Below are positions 40,288 to 50,610 of a DNA stretch of 64,000 nucleotides, one piece after another; position 1 is the stretch's first letter; every line of letters begins with the position of its first letter. The stretch is from an uncultured Succiniclasticum sp. GTDB lineage: Bacteria > Bacillota > Negativicutes > Acidaminococcales > Acidaminococcaceae. The stretch is taken from the NCBI GenBank assembly GCA_900544275.1, contig UQUU01000006.1, forward strand, positions 40,742 through 104,741. Reading direction: 5' to 3'. Made by a program: the position numbers and the translations under genes. The notes under the pieces were generated by a model that was not told the DNA's origin, searched no databases, and saw nothing but the letters and a program-made list of their open reading frames with translations.

Positions 40288-40408
40288 CGTCATCTTGTCG
40301 AACAACTCTATTTACCCAGTGTTGTAGGCATATACTGTCGGCAAGCATCCGGAAACCGTCATCTTGCCGAACAACTCTATTTACCCGGTGGCGACTCTAT
40401 TTAACCAG
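40288..40408. repeat. Two 34-bp direct repeats (cgtcatcttg[tc]cgaacaactctatttaccc[ag]gtg) 69 bp apart, plus a partial third copy
   Basis: Read from the sequence. Lies in the 274-bp gap upstream of the DUF881-sbp-ftsZ unit and downstream of ftsQ. Confidence 0.7.
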
Positions 40409-41158
40409 TTTAATAAAAGGCTTGCTGTATTGCAGATCCATATATTCCGCTTTTACGTTTTTCCCTTTGATTTCGTCAAAGACCGTCGTAAACAGTTCGG
40501 CTTTCCCGGCCAGTTCATTCACAGGGCCTAAAATAACAGGAAACCCATAACGCAGCTGTAGCGTTAAATTTTTCTCCCCATCCAGATGCAGTTCGGCAAT
40601 CTGTTCTTTCGCATCCGCTTTCAGCTTTTGAAAAAAGATCAGGACATCACGGATATCCTGATCCTGCAGACGGTCGCCGATAAACAGGTTGCCGCAGTCT
40701 TTGCCTGACAAACGGGGTACGGAGGCGTCCTTGATGCCGTCGGTCAGGTCCAGGACCAGCCCGTCCGCATCCAGTTTCGCATAGTTGCGATAGCTGGTTT
40801 TTACATACAGTACAGGCTGTCTTTCATTGATATAGACATTCAAAACATTCGGAAAGTTATAATAGGCTTCCGCTTTTTCCACCCGCACGTCGCCCCGCAA
40901 AGCGGTCAGCATATCTGTTTTGGAAAAACGAAACAGGTTGACCGGTTCTTTTTCTCCGCCCATCTGCGCTAACTGCCCCACGGAAAAGTTACTGCTTCCA
41001 TGTACGGCAATTTTACCAAATGAGAATTCCGGACGTTGGACGTAGCGCCAACCGCTTACAACAGCGCCGGCCAGTACAAATAGAGCCAACAGCCATAGAA
41101 TATCTTTGAGCCTTTTTTGGCGCTGATCCCGTTTTAAGCGGTCTCGATAGCTCTCCAT
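40397..41158 (-). CDS. ftsQ: Cell division protein FtsQ/DivIB (POTRA domain)
   Basis: N-terminal transmembrane segment followed by POTRA and FtsQ-type beta domains. Confidence 0.75.
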   Translation of the reverse strand: MESYRDRLKRDQRQKRLKDILWLLALFVLAGAVVSGWRYVQRPEFSFGKIAVHGSSNFSVGQLAQMGGEKEPVNLFRFSKTDMLTALRGDVRVEKAEAYYNFPNVLNVYINERQPVLYVKTSYRNYAKLDADGLVLDLTDGIKDASVPRLSGKDCGNLFIGDRLQDQDIRDVLIFFQKLKADAKEQIAELHLDGEKNLTLQLRYGFPVILGPVNELAGKAELFTTVFDEIKGKNVKAEYMDLQYSKPFIKLVK

Positions 41159-41190
41159 CCCCGTCCCTCCTTCCCCGGTAAAATAAGCGC

Positions 41191-42132
41191 TTATAAGTGA
41201 GCGGACTCCAGTATCATTTCACACAGCTCGCCAAACGTAGTCCCTTCCGCAGCGGCTGCATCCGGTACCAGACTGGTGGGCGTCATGCCGGGCACGGTGT
41301 TCATTTCCAGCACATAGCAGGTTCCATCTGTGCCGACAATACAGTCGGTACGGGCTACCCCGGCGCAGCCCAGCACATCGTAGGCTTTGACAGATACCTC
41401 TGCCAGTTTGGTCAATATCTCTTCCGGCAAGGGCGCCGGGATGATGTGTTCCACACCGCCGGCGGTATATTTCGCTTTAAAATCATACCATTCCGCATGA
41501 GGTTTGATCAGGATCACCGGCCAGACTTTCACGGAACCGTCCGGCTGGCGCATCATGCAGACCGAGGTTTCCGAACCGGCAATATATTGCTCTACCAGTA
41601 CTTCCGGGTCATATTCAAAGGCCGTATCCAGCGCTTTTTGTAAATTGGCCGGATCCTTTTCGATGGTCACTCCGATAGAACTGCCTTGTGAGGCTGGTTT
41701 AATCACGACCGGCAGCGTAAATTTTTCCGTGATTGCTTTGACCATATCCTGGGAATCCCGATCTTTACGATAGAGAAAAAGATAGTCGGGCGTAGGAATA
41801 CCGCTGCCCAAAAAGACCCGCTTGGCGGCAATTTTATTCATGCTGAGAGCCGAGGCCAGCACGCCGGAACCGGTATAAGGCACTTCCATCATTTCCAAGG
41901 CGCTTTGTAAACGTCCGTCCTCGCCATATAAGCCATGAACCGCGATAAATACCACATCCGCACCGCTGGCTTTCAACTGTTCGGAAAAATTACGCGGTTT
42001 CAGAAACAGTTCTTTGACCTGGTAACCCCGCTCCCGCAGCGCGATGGCAATAGATTTGCCGGTCGCCAGCGAAATTTCACCTTCAGCGGAAGGTCCCCCC
42101 ATCACCACGGCAATCGTTTTATTTTTATCCAT
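41191..42132 (-). CDS. ddl: D-alanine--D-alanine ligase
   Basis: Ddl ATP-grasp family. Confidence 0.92.
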   Translation of the reverse strand: MDKNKTIAVVMGGPSAEGEISLATGKSIAIALRERGYQVKELFLKPRNFSEQLKASGADVVFIAVHGLYGEDGRLQSALEMMEVPYTGSGVLASALSMNKIAAKRVFLGSGIPTPDYLFLYRKDRDSQDMVKAITEKFTLPVVIKPASQGSSIGVTIEKDPANLQKALDTAFEYDPEVLVEQYIAGSETSVCMMRQPDGSVKVWPVILIKPHAEWYDFKAKYTAGGVEHIIPAPLPEEILTKLAEVSVKAYDVLGCAGVARTDCIVGTDGTCYVLEMNTVPGMTPTSLVPDAAAAEGTTFGELCEMILESAHL

Positions 42133-42138
42133 TTTGTG

Positions 42139-43515
42139 TCATCCTCTCAATTCCTGAACCAGTTCTTCGCCGATTTTATAAACATCCCCTGCACCCATGG
42201 TAATGATCAGATCCCCTGCTTTGGCATCCTGCAGAAGATAGTCTTCCGCCTGACGGAAAGACCCCATGCAGCAGACCGCTTGTCCGGTCGCGCGATGAAT
42301 GGCTTCGGCCAGTTCTTCGCTATTCACGCCGGGGATTGGATTCTCACCGGCCGAATAGACGGGCATCAGGATCAGCGCATCGCAGTCGGTAAAGCAATGA
42401 CAAAATTCTTCGTGCAGCAGTTTTGTCCGGCTGTAGCGATGGGGCTGGAAGACGCAAACGACACGGGCCACCCCGCTGGCTTTAGCCGCATTGAGCGTCG
42501 CCCCGATCTCAGTGGGATGGTGGGCGTAGTCATCTACGATCCAAATGCCTTTTGCTTTTCCTTTCGTTTCAAAACGGCGCCGGGCGCCGCTGAATGTTTT
42601 CAGCGCCTCAATAATCGCTTCCGGCGCGATGCCCATCAGACGAGAGGCGGCAAAAGCGCCTAAAGAGTTCAGCACATTGTGCCGTCCCGGCACGATCAGG
42701 TGTATGCGCCCCAGCTCTTTTCCCTCTCCGTACACGGTATAGTCGGTTCCTTCAATCGTATGGCGCACGTCTTTGGCATAATAATCGCAGTCTTCCGTCA
42801 GTCCATAGGCAATGAACTTGCGGTCCGTTTCTTTTGCCAGCCGGCGAATCGGAGCACTGTCCATACATAAAACCGCAGTTCCACCCGATTTCATATTCTC
42901 TACATGCTGTTTAAAAGCCTGATAAATGTTTTCGGTGGTCCCGTAGTGGTCCAGATGGTCATCCTCAATATTGGTAATTACGGAAATATAGGAGGTGAAT
43001 TTTAAGAAGGAACCATCACTTTCATCGGCTTCCGCTACGACCCAGTCGCTTTTTCCGTTGCGGGCATTGCCGTGCAGCGACGCTACATCGCCCCCGATGA
43101 CCACGGTAGGATCCGCGCCGGCTTCTGTGGCGATTACGGAGATCATAGCGCTGGTGGTGGTTTTGCCGTGCGCTCCGGCCACCGTCACACCGCGGATCCC
43201 CGCTCCATTTAAAAGCGCTTTCAGAATATCACTGCGGTGCAGGATCGGTAAGCCTTGCTCCCGGGCCGCCAGCAATTCCGGATTGTCCGCATGGATCGCG
43301 GTAGATACCACAACGGCATCGGCCCCCTGTATATGTGAAACCGCGTGTCCCCGATACAGCTGCGCGCCGGCTTCCGTCAGCTCTGCCGCCATATGGCCCT
43401 CCTGTAGATCGGAACCCGTCACCCGGAAACCGCGTTTGACCAGGACATAAGCCAACGCGCTCATACCGGCGCCGCCAATTCCAATAAAGTGGATTTGTTT
43501 GTACCTCTCCAACAT
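42139..43515 (-). CDS. murC: UDP-N-acetylmuramate--L-alanine ligase
   Basis: MurC (GIGGAGMS). ATG at 43515 (MLERYK). The track ORF extends upstream to 43608. Confidence 0.9.
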   Translation of the reverse strand: MLERYKQIHFIGIGGAGMSALAYVLVKRGFRVTGSDLQEGHMAAELTEAGAQLYRGHAVSHIQGADAVVVSTAIHADNPELLAAREQGLPILHRSDILKALLNGAGIRGVTVAGAHGKTTTSAMISVIATEAGADPTVVIGGDVASLHGNARNGKSDWVVAEADESDGSFLKFTSYISVITNIEDDHLDHYGTTENIYQAFKQHVENMKSGGTAVLCMDSAPIRRLAKETDRKFIAYGLTEDCDYYAKDVRHTIEGTDYTVYGEGKELGRIHLIVPGRHNVLNSLGAFAASRLMGIAPEAIIEALKTFSGARRRFETKGKAKGIWIVDDYAHHPTEIGATLNAAKASGVARVVCVFQPHRYSRTKLLHEEFCHCFTDCDALILMPVYSAGENPIPGVNSEELAEAIHRATGQAVCCMGSFRQAEDYLLQDAKAGDLIITMGAGDVYKIGEELVQELRG

Positions 43516-43531
43516 CTTTGTACCCCCGCGT

Positions 43532-44635
43532 TTATTTGCGCACCAAAGCCAGCGCCTGTTTGACAATTTCCTGCGCCGCTTTCGGCCGGCCGGCTTTCTG
43601 CGCCGCATTTTGCATTTTTTGCAAGATCTCTTTATGCAGCAATAAATGCTCTATTTTTTCTTCCAAAACTTCCCCTGTCAGGTTTTTATCCAAAATGACC
43701 TGAGCCGCGCCTACCGCTTCCAGTGCCCGGGCGTTAAATTCCTGATGGTTGGCCGTAGCATAGGGAAATGGCACCAGAATGGAAGGAATCCCTTTGGCGG
43801 TCAATTCCGCCAGGCCGATGGCCCCCGCTCTGAATACAGCGATGTCCGCCGCGGCCAAGGCTAAGGGCATATCATACAAATAAGGTTTAATATGAATATT
43901 GCTTTTGAAACCGCCCAGTTCTTCTACCTGACGCTGATAGTCTTCGTAGTTATTCTTGCCGGTGGCGTGCAAGATCTGCACATCATCCCGGCCGGATAAA
44001 TTTTTTTCCAGCTGCAGCGCCGCCTGATTGACAGAAGCCGCCCCCAGACTGCCGCCGGCAATCAATACCGTTGCTTTCCCGGAATCCAGACCAAAAGCTT
44101 TGATTCCCTCAGCCCGGGTACTTTGCATTACTTCCGCCCGAATAGGGTTGCCGGTAAAGATTTTTTTTGCCTTGCCCTTAAAATACTTGTCAGCTTCGCT
44201 GTAGCCTAAAAAAATACGATTGACAAAACGAGCCAGAATTTTATTGGTCATGCCCGGCAGTGCATTCTGTTCCTGCACACAGGCGGGAATCCCCTGTAAA
44301 GCTGCTAAAAACACGATTGGTCCGCAGACATAGCCGCCGGTGCCGATCACCAGATCCGGCTTGTATTCTTTGAGCAATTTTCTGGCCTCAGCCAGTCCGG
44401 TACATAATTTATAGACTGATTTCAGAGTATCCGGGCTGAAATGGCGTTGGAATCCCTGTACATCGATAAAATCAATGGGGTAACCCGCCCGGGGCACCAG
44501 GTCTTTTTCCAGACCGTGCCGTGTGCCTACAAAACGGATCTCCGCTTCCGGCTTCAGTTTTTTAATCGTATCGGCGATCGTCAGCGCCGGGTAGATATGC
44601 CCGCCGGTACCGCCGCCGGATAGGATTATTTTCAT
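43532..44635 (-). CDS. murG: UDP-GlcNAc:undecaprenyl-PP-MurNAc-pentapeptide GlcNAc transferase
   Basis: MurG family (GGTGGH). Confidence 0.92.
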   Translation of the reverse strand: MKIILSGGGTGGHIYPALTIADTIKKLKPEAEIRFVGTRHGLEKDLVPRAGYPIDFIDVQGFQRHFSPDTLKSVYKLCTGLAEARKLLKEYKPDLVIGTGGYVCGPIVFLAALQGIPACVQEQNALPGMTNKILARFVNRIFLGYSEADKYFKGKAKKIFTGNPIRAEVMQSTRAEGIKAFGLDSGKATVLIAGGSLGAASVNQAALQLEKNLSGRDDVQILHATGKNNYEDYQRQVEELGGFKSNIHIKPYLYDMPLALAAADIAVFRAGAIGLAELTAKGIPSILVPFPYATANHQEFNARALEAVGAAQVILDKNLTGEVLEEKIEHLLLHKEILQKMQNAAQKAGRPKAAQEIVKQALALVRK

Positions 44636-44655
44636 TGGTACGCCTCCGTACTGTA

Positions 44656-46011
44656 TTATTTGGCGAAGCCTTTCACCAGTTCTTTAAAATAGTTGCCTCT
44701 TTCCGCCATGTCACGGAACATATCAAAGGAGGCACAGGCCGGCGAAAGCAGTACCACCTGAGGCGCTTTTGCCCGGGCATGGGCCATTTCCACTGCTTCT
44801 TGGAAGCTGCCGGCCAGCAGAATATTTTCTATCCCCGCCGCTTTCGCCGCTTCGTGGAAACGCTGCTGGGAAGCACCCAGTAAAATCAGCAGATCCGCTT
44901 TTTCCCGCACGACCTGCATCATTTCCGCCAACGGCGTCATTTTGTCTTCGCCGCCGGCCAGTAAAATCACATGCCCCTGAGAAAAGGCGTTCAGCGCTTT
45001 GATCACCGCGTCGGTATTGGTCGCTTTGGAATCGTTATAATAAGAGACTCCGTCAATGGTGGCCACATATTCAATACGGTGGGCGACCCCTTTAAAATCT
45101 AAAAGCACCTGCCGCATCTGTTCCGGTCCTACACCGGCAAAGAAACCGCAGGCAATGGCTGCCAGCACGTTTTCTTCGTTATGTGCGCCAAAAATCTGCA
45201 ATTCGTCCTTATGGCAGATCTCCGCTTTCGTATTGCCCCACTGCAGGATGAAGCTCCCGTCTTTCATGTAAACACCCTGAGGCAGAACGGTGTTGCGGCT
45301 GAAATAGCAAAGTTGCCCGCGGGATTTCCCCCCCCAGGTCCGAACCTCCGGATCATCATAATTTAAGATGGTTACATCCTGACCTTGTTGATTGATAAAT
45401 ATATTTTGTTTGCAGCGGCCGTATTCTTCCATGGTCTTATGCCGTGTCAAATGGTCGGGTGTCAGGTTCAGCACCGCCGCAATCTGCGGGCGGAAGCTTT
45501 GGATCCCTTCCAACTGATAACTGGATACTTCGGCAGCAACCCAGCTGTCTTTATCCAGGTCCTTGATTTCTGCGGACAAAGCCCTGCCGATGTTACCGCC
45601 GACTGCGGTTTTTACAGGCAGCGTCTTCAGCATTTCCCCCACCAGAGTGGTCGTTGTGGTTTTCCCGTTAGTACCGGTAATGGCGACCATATGTCCGGCA
45701 TAATTACGAAAAGCCAGTTCGATTTCAGCAATGACTTCGATGCCTTTCTCCTGGGCTTTTTTTACCAACGGCGTATCCATGGGAATCGCCGGAGAAAGAA
45801 TGATCTGCTGTATGCGGTCCAAAAGGAACTCGCCCCGTCCGAAAACGAAGCCACCGCCATTTTGTACCAATAATTCGATAAATTCAAAATCCAGATTCCG
45901 GGGCGTATCATCGTATAAAAAAACCTGTTTTCCCAGCGCTGCCAGTTCCATCGCCGCGCCACGGCCGCTGATACCGGCGCCAAACACCATTACCGCTTGG
46001 ACTTCGGACAT
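44656..46011 (-). CDS. murD: UDP-N-acetylmuramoylalanine--D-glutamate ligase
   Basis: MurD. ATG at 46011 (MSEVQAVMVFGAG). Confidence 0.9.
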   Translation of the reverse strand: MSEVQAVMVFGAGISGRGAAMELAALGKQVFLYDDTPRNLDFEFIELLVQNGGGFVFGRGEFLLDRIQQIILSPAIPMDTPLVKKAQEKGIEVIAEIELAFRNYAGHMVAITGTNGKTTTTTLVGEMLKTLPVKTAVGGNIGRALSAEIKDLDKDSWVAAEVSSYQLEGIQSFRPQIAAVLNLTPDHLTRHKTMEEYGRCKQNIFINQQGQDVTILNYDDPEVRTWGGKSRGQLCYFSRNTVLPQGVYMKDGSFILQWGNTKAEICHKDELQIFGAHNEENVLAAIACGFFAGVGPEQMRQVLLDFKGVAHRIEYVATIDGVSYYNDSKATNTDAVIKALNAFSQGHVILLAGGEDKMTPLAEMMQVVREKADLLILLGASQQRFHEAAKAAGIENILLAGSFQEAVEMAHARAKAPQVVLLSPACASFDMFRDMAERGNYFKELVKGFAK

Positions 46012-46013
46012 CG

Positions 46014-47012
46014 TTACATCCCACCCTTTCCTGCACACCATAATCCTAAACCTGCCAAACAGAAGATACAGCTGACCAATGTAAAAATCGCCACTACCTT
46101 TGTTTCTTGCCAACCGCCCAGTTCAAAATGATGATGGATAGGCGTCATGCGAAAAATCCGTTTCCCACCGGTGTGACGGAAATAAAAGACCTGCAGGATC
46201 ACGGAAAGCGCTTCACAGACGTAAAGACCCCCCACAAAAACCAGCAAAAGCTCCGTATGGGTCAACAGCGCCAGCGACGCTACGGCTCCCCCCAGCGCTA
46301 AAGAACCTGTATCACCCATAAACACTTTGGCGGGATAGTGATTCCAAACCAAAAAACCCAGGCAGCTTCCCAACACCGCCATGGCAAACAGGCACAGTTC
46401 CCCTTCTCCCGCCTGCCAGGCGACAAAAGCATAGGTCGCCATGACGGGCAGACTGACAAAAGAGACCAAACCGTCCAGACCATCGGTCAAATTCACTGCA
46501 TTAGTCGTTCCCACCAGCAGCAGCAATACCAGCACATAATAGAGATACCCCAGTTGCAGGCTTACGGCTGTACCCGGGATCCACAGCTGGGTGCCGGCAC
46601 TGCCCATATGTTGGTTGACGTAATAAATATAGGCCAGTGCCAACGCGATCTGCAAAGCAAATTTCTGTTTGGCCGTTAACCCCAGGTTGCGTTTCTTTAC
46701 AATTTTGATGTAATCATCCAAAAAGCCGATCAGCGCATGTCCGAAGGTCAACACAAAAGCCATGAGTAGCAAGGGAGTAAAACGATTCCAGATCACCATT
46801 GCTACCAGGAGACCCGTCAACAGCATGATCCCGCCCATCGTAGGCGTGCCGCTTTTTTTCATATGGCTGGCCGGTCCTACCTCCCGGATGCTCTGCCCAA
46901 ACTTCAGCTTGTGCAGCGCCGGGATCAACACCGGCCCCATCGCCGCGCATACGGCCAGGGATGTCAATAAGGCACCCAGGGCCTGCATGGCTGTAATATC
47001 CATAAATTGCAC
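46014..47012 (-). CDS. mraY: Phospho-N-acetylmuramoyl-pentapeptide transferase
   Basis: MraY polytopic membrane protein (NAVNLTDGLDGL). GTG start, with an ATG 3 codons further in. Confidence 0.92.
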   Translation of the reverse strand: MQFMDITAMQALGALLTSLAVCAAMGPVLIPALHKLKFGQSIREVGPASHMKKSGTPTMGGIMLLTGLLVAMVIWNRFTPLLLMAFVLTFGHALIGFLDDYIKIVKKRNLGLTAKQKFALQIALALAYIYYVNQHMGSAGTQLWIPGTAVSLQLGYLYYVLVLLLLVGTTNAVNLTDGLDGLVSFVSLPVMATYAFVAWQAGEGELCLFAMAVLGSCLGFLVWNHYPAKVFMGDTGSLALGGAVASLALLTHTELLLVFVGGLYVCEALSVILQVFYFRHTGGKRIFRMTPIHHHFELGGWQETKVVAIFTLVSCIFCLAGLGLWCAGKGGM

Positions 47013-47021
47013 CAGACTTTC

Positions 47022-48470
47022 CTAATCTAAGGTCTCAGTATGAATCGCTGATACCTTATTTTCTTTGTTTTCCGGACTTTGCGGCGTCTTAAACACCAAC
47101 GCGACCAGCGCCCCTACCTGCATCGAATGAGAACCCTTTAAAAGCACTATGTCGCCGGGCTGCAATAATGTCCGAAGCGCGGCTGCGGCCTCTTCTTTAT
47201 TAGCAAAATACCGGGCGTCCACGCCTGCTGCCTTTGCCGCCGCCACGGTCTCTGCAGTTTCCGGACCATAGCCCAGAAGCAGATCGGTAGCTGCCGCAGC
47301 GGCCATCTGTCCCACCGAAGCATGGGCTTCCCGGGAGGTATGACCTAATTCCAGCATATCCGCTACCACCGCAATGGTACGGCAGGGCGCTGCGGCGCCC
47401 TGTTTGAGTTTCGCCAGCATGGCAAATGCCGCTTCCATAGAGGCCGGGCTGGCGTTATAGGCGTCATCGATTACCGTATAAGAACCAAAATGCAATACTT
47501 CCTGGCGACTGTCTGTGATTCGGACGGCAGCCAGCGCATTTTTCATATCATTTAATTTTACACCAAAATACCTTCCTACTGCAATAGCGGCCAGAGCGTT
47601 CATCACATTATGCTCCCCGATGAGAGGAAGAAAGATAGTGGCTTCCTCTGTACCTGCTTTACATAAGAACGTACTGCCTGTTGCCGTGATCTCCACAGCT
47701 TCAGCCCGTACATCATCCTCCGGCTGCAGGCCAAACCAGCTGACCGGCACATGCAGTTTGCTCTCCATCGCCCTTACCCGGGGCAGATCGCCGTTTAAGA
47801 CCGCAAATCCATCCTGAGGCAGATCTTCCAATATCTCGCTTTTCGCTTTGGCAATATTAGCCAGGCTGCCCAATTCCCCCACATGGGTGGAGCCTACGTT
47901 GGTGATGACCGCCACATCCGGTTTGGCAAAGGCGCACATCGCTTTGATCTGACCCAGTCCCCGCATCCCCATTTCGGTAACGGCGATTTCTGTTGTAGGC
48001 GTGATTTCTAACAGCGTGTGGGGCAGACCGATTTCATTATTAAAATTTCCCCGGGTCTTGCTTACTTTGTAACGCGTTGCAAGAACCGCCGCAATCATAT
48101 CCTTGGTAGAAGTCTTACCATTGGAACCGGTGATGCCCACTACCTTTAAATGCGGAAAACTCATACGATAAAAAGAGGCAATATCCTGATACGCTTTCAA
48201 CGTATCCGGTACCAGTATCTGCGGAAGGCCGGAAGGAGTTTCAACCGGCCGGGACACAACTGCCGCCGCCGCGCCCTTGGACGCCGCCTGACCCACATAC
48301 GCATGGCCGTCAAACGTATCGCCCTGCAAAGCGATAAACAGCTCGCCCGGACGAATCGTACGGGTATCGGTACTCACACCGGTAAAATTCAGTTCCCCGA
48401 TTTTTGTATCAGGATTTGCTCCGAGGCAGGAACCCTTTGTCGCTTTCAGTACATCTGTCAGTGTAATCAT
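47022..48470 (-). CDS. murF: UDP-MurNAc-tripeptide--D-Ala-D-Ala ligase
   Basis: MurF. ATG at 48470 overlaps the murE stop. Confidence 0.88.
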   Translation of the reverse strand: MITLTDVLKATKGSCLGANPDTKIGELNFTGVSTDTRTIRPGELFIALQGDTFDGHAYVGQAASKGAAAAVVSRPVETPSGLPQILVPDTLKAYQDIASFYRMSFPHLKVVGITGSNGKTSTKDMIAAVLATRYKVSKTRGNFNNEIGLPHTLLEITPTTEIAVTEMGMRGLGQIKAMCAFAKPDVAVITNVGSTHVGELGSLANIAKAKSEILEDLPQDGFAVLNGDLPRVRAMESKLHVPVSWFGLQPEDDVRAEAVEITATGSTFLCKAGTEEATIFLPLIGEHNVMNALAAIAVGRYFGVKLNDMKNALAAVRITDSRQEVLHFGSYTVIDDAYNASPASMEAAFAMLAKLKQGAAAPCRTIAVVADMLELGHTSREAHASVGQMAAAAATDLLLGYGPETAETVAAAKAAGVDARYFANKEEAAAALRTLLQPGDIVLLKGSHSMQVGALVALVFKTPQSPENKENKVSAIHTETLD

Positions 48471-49957
48471 GCTTTTTTGCCTTCCCAAAACGCTTCCACC
48501 ACTTCTTTGTCATCAAAGTGGATCGTTCGATCTTTCAGTATCTGATAATTTTCATGGCCTTTGCCGGCAATCAAGACAACATCCTCCGGCGCCGCTTGGG
48601 TCAGTGCATAGTGGATCGCTTCTTTCCGGTCCAGGATACGGGTCACCGTTTTCTCCGGCGGAACTGACGTCATGGAGACGGTGATTTGACGTATAATATC
48701 TTCCGGGTCCTCCGTCCGGGGGTTATCGGACGTAACAACAATATCGTCCGCCAGATCCAGGGCAATTTTTCCCATGATCGGACGCTTTTTATTGTCCCGG
48801 TCGCCGCCGCAGCCAAACACGACCCATAAATGTCCTTTGGTAATCAGCCGGGCTGTACGCAGCACGTTTTCCAAGCCGTCCGGCGTATGAGCATAATCTA
48901 CGATCACACTGTAGGGCTGTCCGGCCTCTACCAGTTGAAAACGTCCGGGCACACCGGAAAAACCTTGCAGCACCTGCTCAATTTTAGCTTTGTCCACGTT
49001 TTCCACCAGTAATGCCCCTACGGCACACATTACATTATAAACGTTAAATTCGCCGGTAATTTTCAGATGCAGATCCATGTCCCCGACAGGCGTATGGAGG
49101 ACCAGATGCATTTGTTTGGCTTCGATCGCATAGCGCAGCGGATAGATATCATTCTCTTTGCCTTTGCCATAAAATAATTTTCGTACCTTGGTACGAGCTG
49201 CGATTACTGCCGTACTGGGGTCGTCCGCATTAAAGACCGCCGTTTTCCCCTGCTTCCTGCCCACTTCCGACAGCTGTTCAAAAAGCAGGCTTTTGGCGTC
49301 CCTGTAAGCCTCCATCGTCTTATGGAAATCCAGATGATCTTCTGTAATATTGGTCAGCACGGCCGTATCAAATTCGATCCCTGCCACCCGGCGCAGCGCT
49401 AGCGCATGGGAGGAAACTTCCATCACCACATACTGGCAGCCCGCCTCCTTCATCCGATATAAAAACTTCTGCAAATCCACTACATCCGGTGTGGTGTTGT
49501 GGGAGACAATGCTTTCTTCCCCGATCAGCACATTAATCGTACCGATCAGGCCGCATTGTTTTCCATCTTCTTTTAATACCTGGCGAATAATATTGGTGCT
49601 GGTGGTTTTCCCATTGGTACCCGTCACACCGATCATCCGCATGGTTTTTCCGGGATAATCAAAGAAATATGGCGCAAGCAGCTCCATCGCCGCCCGGGTA
49701 TCATCGACCTGCAGCAGCGTCATGCCGTCCGGCGCCACTGCCGGCAGATCTTCTACCAAAGCCGCCACAGCGCCTTTTTGCGCCGCTCCGGCTAAGAATT
49801 TATGTCCGTCTACATGCGCGCCTTTCAGCGCAATAAACAGGCTCCCTGGCGCCACTTCGCGAGAGTCTGCGGTTACATCGGTAACGGTCTGATCCAGCGA
49901 ACCGAACACTTTCACTGCGGGCAACCTGTCCACTAAGGCATGTAGTTCTTTTTCCAT
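48467..49957 (-). CDS. murE: UDP-MurNAc-L-Ala-D-Glu--2,6-diaminopimelate ligase
   Basis: MurE. ATG at 49957 with a GGGGGA RBS. Confidence 0.88.
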   Translation of the reverse strand: MEKELHALVDRLPAVKVFGSLDQTVTDVTADSREVAPGSLFIALKGAHVDGHKFLAGAAQKGAVAALVEDLPAVAPDGMTLLQVDDTRAAMELLAPYFFDYPGKTMRMIGVTGTNGKTTSTNIIRQVLKEDGKQCGLIGTINVLIGEESIVSHNTTPDVVDLQKFLYRMKEAGCQYVVMEVSSHALALRRVAGIEFDTAVLTNITEDHLDFHKTMEAYRDAKSLLFEQLSEVGRKQGKTAVFNADDPSTAVIAARTKVRKLFYGKGKENDIYPLRYAIEAKQMHLVLHTPVGDMDLHLKITGEFNVYNVMCAVGALLVENVDKAKIEQVLQGFSGVPGRFQLVEAGQPYSVIVDYAHTPDGLENVLRTARLITKGHLWVVFGCGGDRDNKKRPIMGKIALDLADDIVVTSDNPRTEDPEDIIRQITVSMTSVPPEKTVTRILDRKEAIHYALTQAAPEDVVLIAGKGHENYQILKDRTIHFDDKEVVEAFWEGKKA

Positions 49958-50096
49958 GGTAAAATCCCCCTTAAATTGAAATGGCAGCCTAAAGAGGCTG
50001 CCTTTCAAAAATCTATTATATTATATCACACAAGATTTCAAAAGGCTATATATACTTGAAGGCATCCTGTTACCCGGAATATAACCATTCGAATTA

Positions 50097-50471
50097 CTAT
50101 TTTTTATTAGCCTTGACATAAATGTTGCTGCGGGCCACTTTCATCCCCAGCGATTTTTCCGCAATGGAGGTGATACGCTCCGGGCCTTTCAGCTGATCTA
50201 CTTCAATCTTCAGTTCCGCATTGTGCGCGATCAGGCTGGATTCCTGCGTCTGGAGACGGATCAGTTGATTGCCGGAATTCACCAGCGCTGCGCTGCGCAT
50301 CACGGTAACGGCATACATAGCCAGCACCACTCCCACCACCAAAAACAAACGGCGGCGGAACAATTTATAGTTGGCTTTGCGAAGACGCCGGGGTTTATTT
50401 TTTTCTGTCTTATTCGCCCGACTTTGCGGATACTCCCAGGTTTCTTCGTAATTATATTTGCGCGCTAACAT
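50097..50471 (-). CDS. ftsL: Cell division protein FtsL (septum formation initiator family)
   Basis: Bitopic protein with a basic N-terminus, a transmembrane segment and a coiled coil, located between rsmH and murE. Confidence 0.75.
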   Translation of the reverse strand: MLARKYNYEETWEYPQSRANKTEKNKPRRLRKANYKLFRRRLFLVVGVVLAMYAVTVMRSAALVNSGNQLIRLQTQESSLIAHNAELKIEVDQLKGPERITSIAEKSLGMKVARSNIYVKANKK

Positions 50472-50610
50472 ATCCTTTTCCCCTTTGCTTTTCTGCGGTC
50501 AGGCCGCTTATTTTATCATCTATATTTGCGGAAACCGGTACGACCCTATAAAGGAATTCTTTCATACCGTTATTTTTACCAGTTGGACCGTGCGGTACTT
50601 CGTTCATAAG

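Noticed and set aside
41935-43450. ORFs on the + strand (242 aa and 151 aa) antisense to ddl and murC
   Set aside because: Overlap well-supported Mur ligase and Ddl genes. Antisense artefacts.
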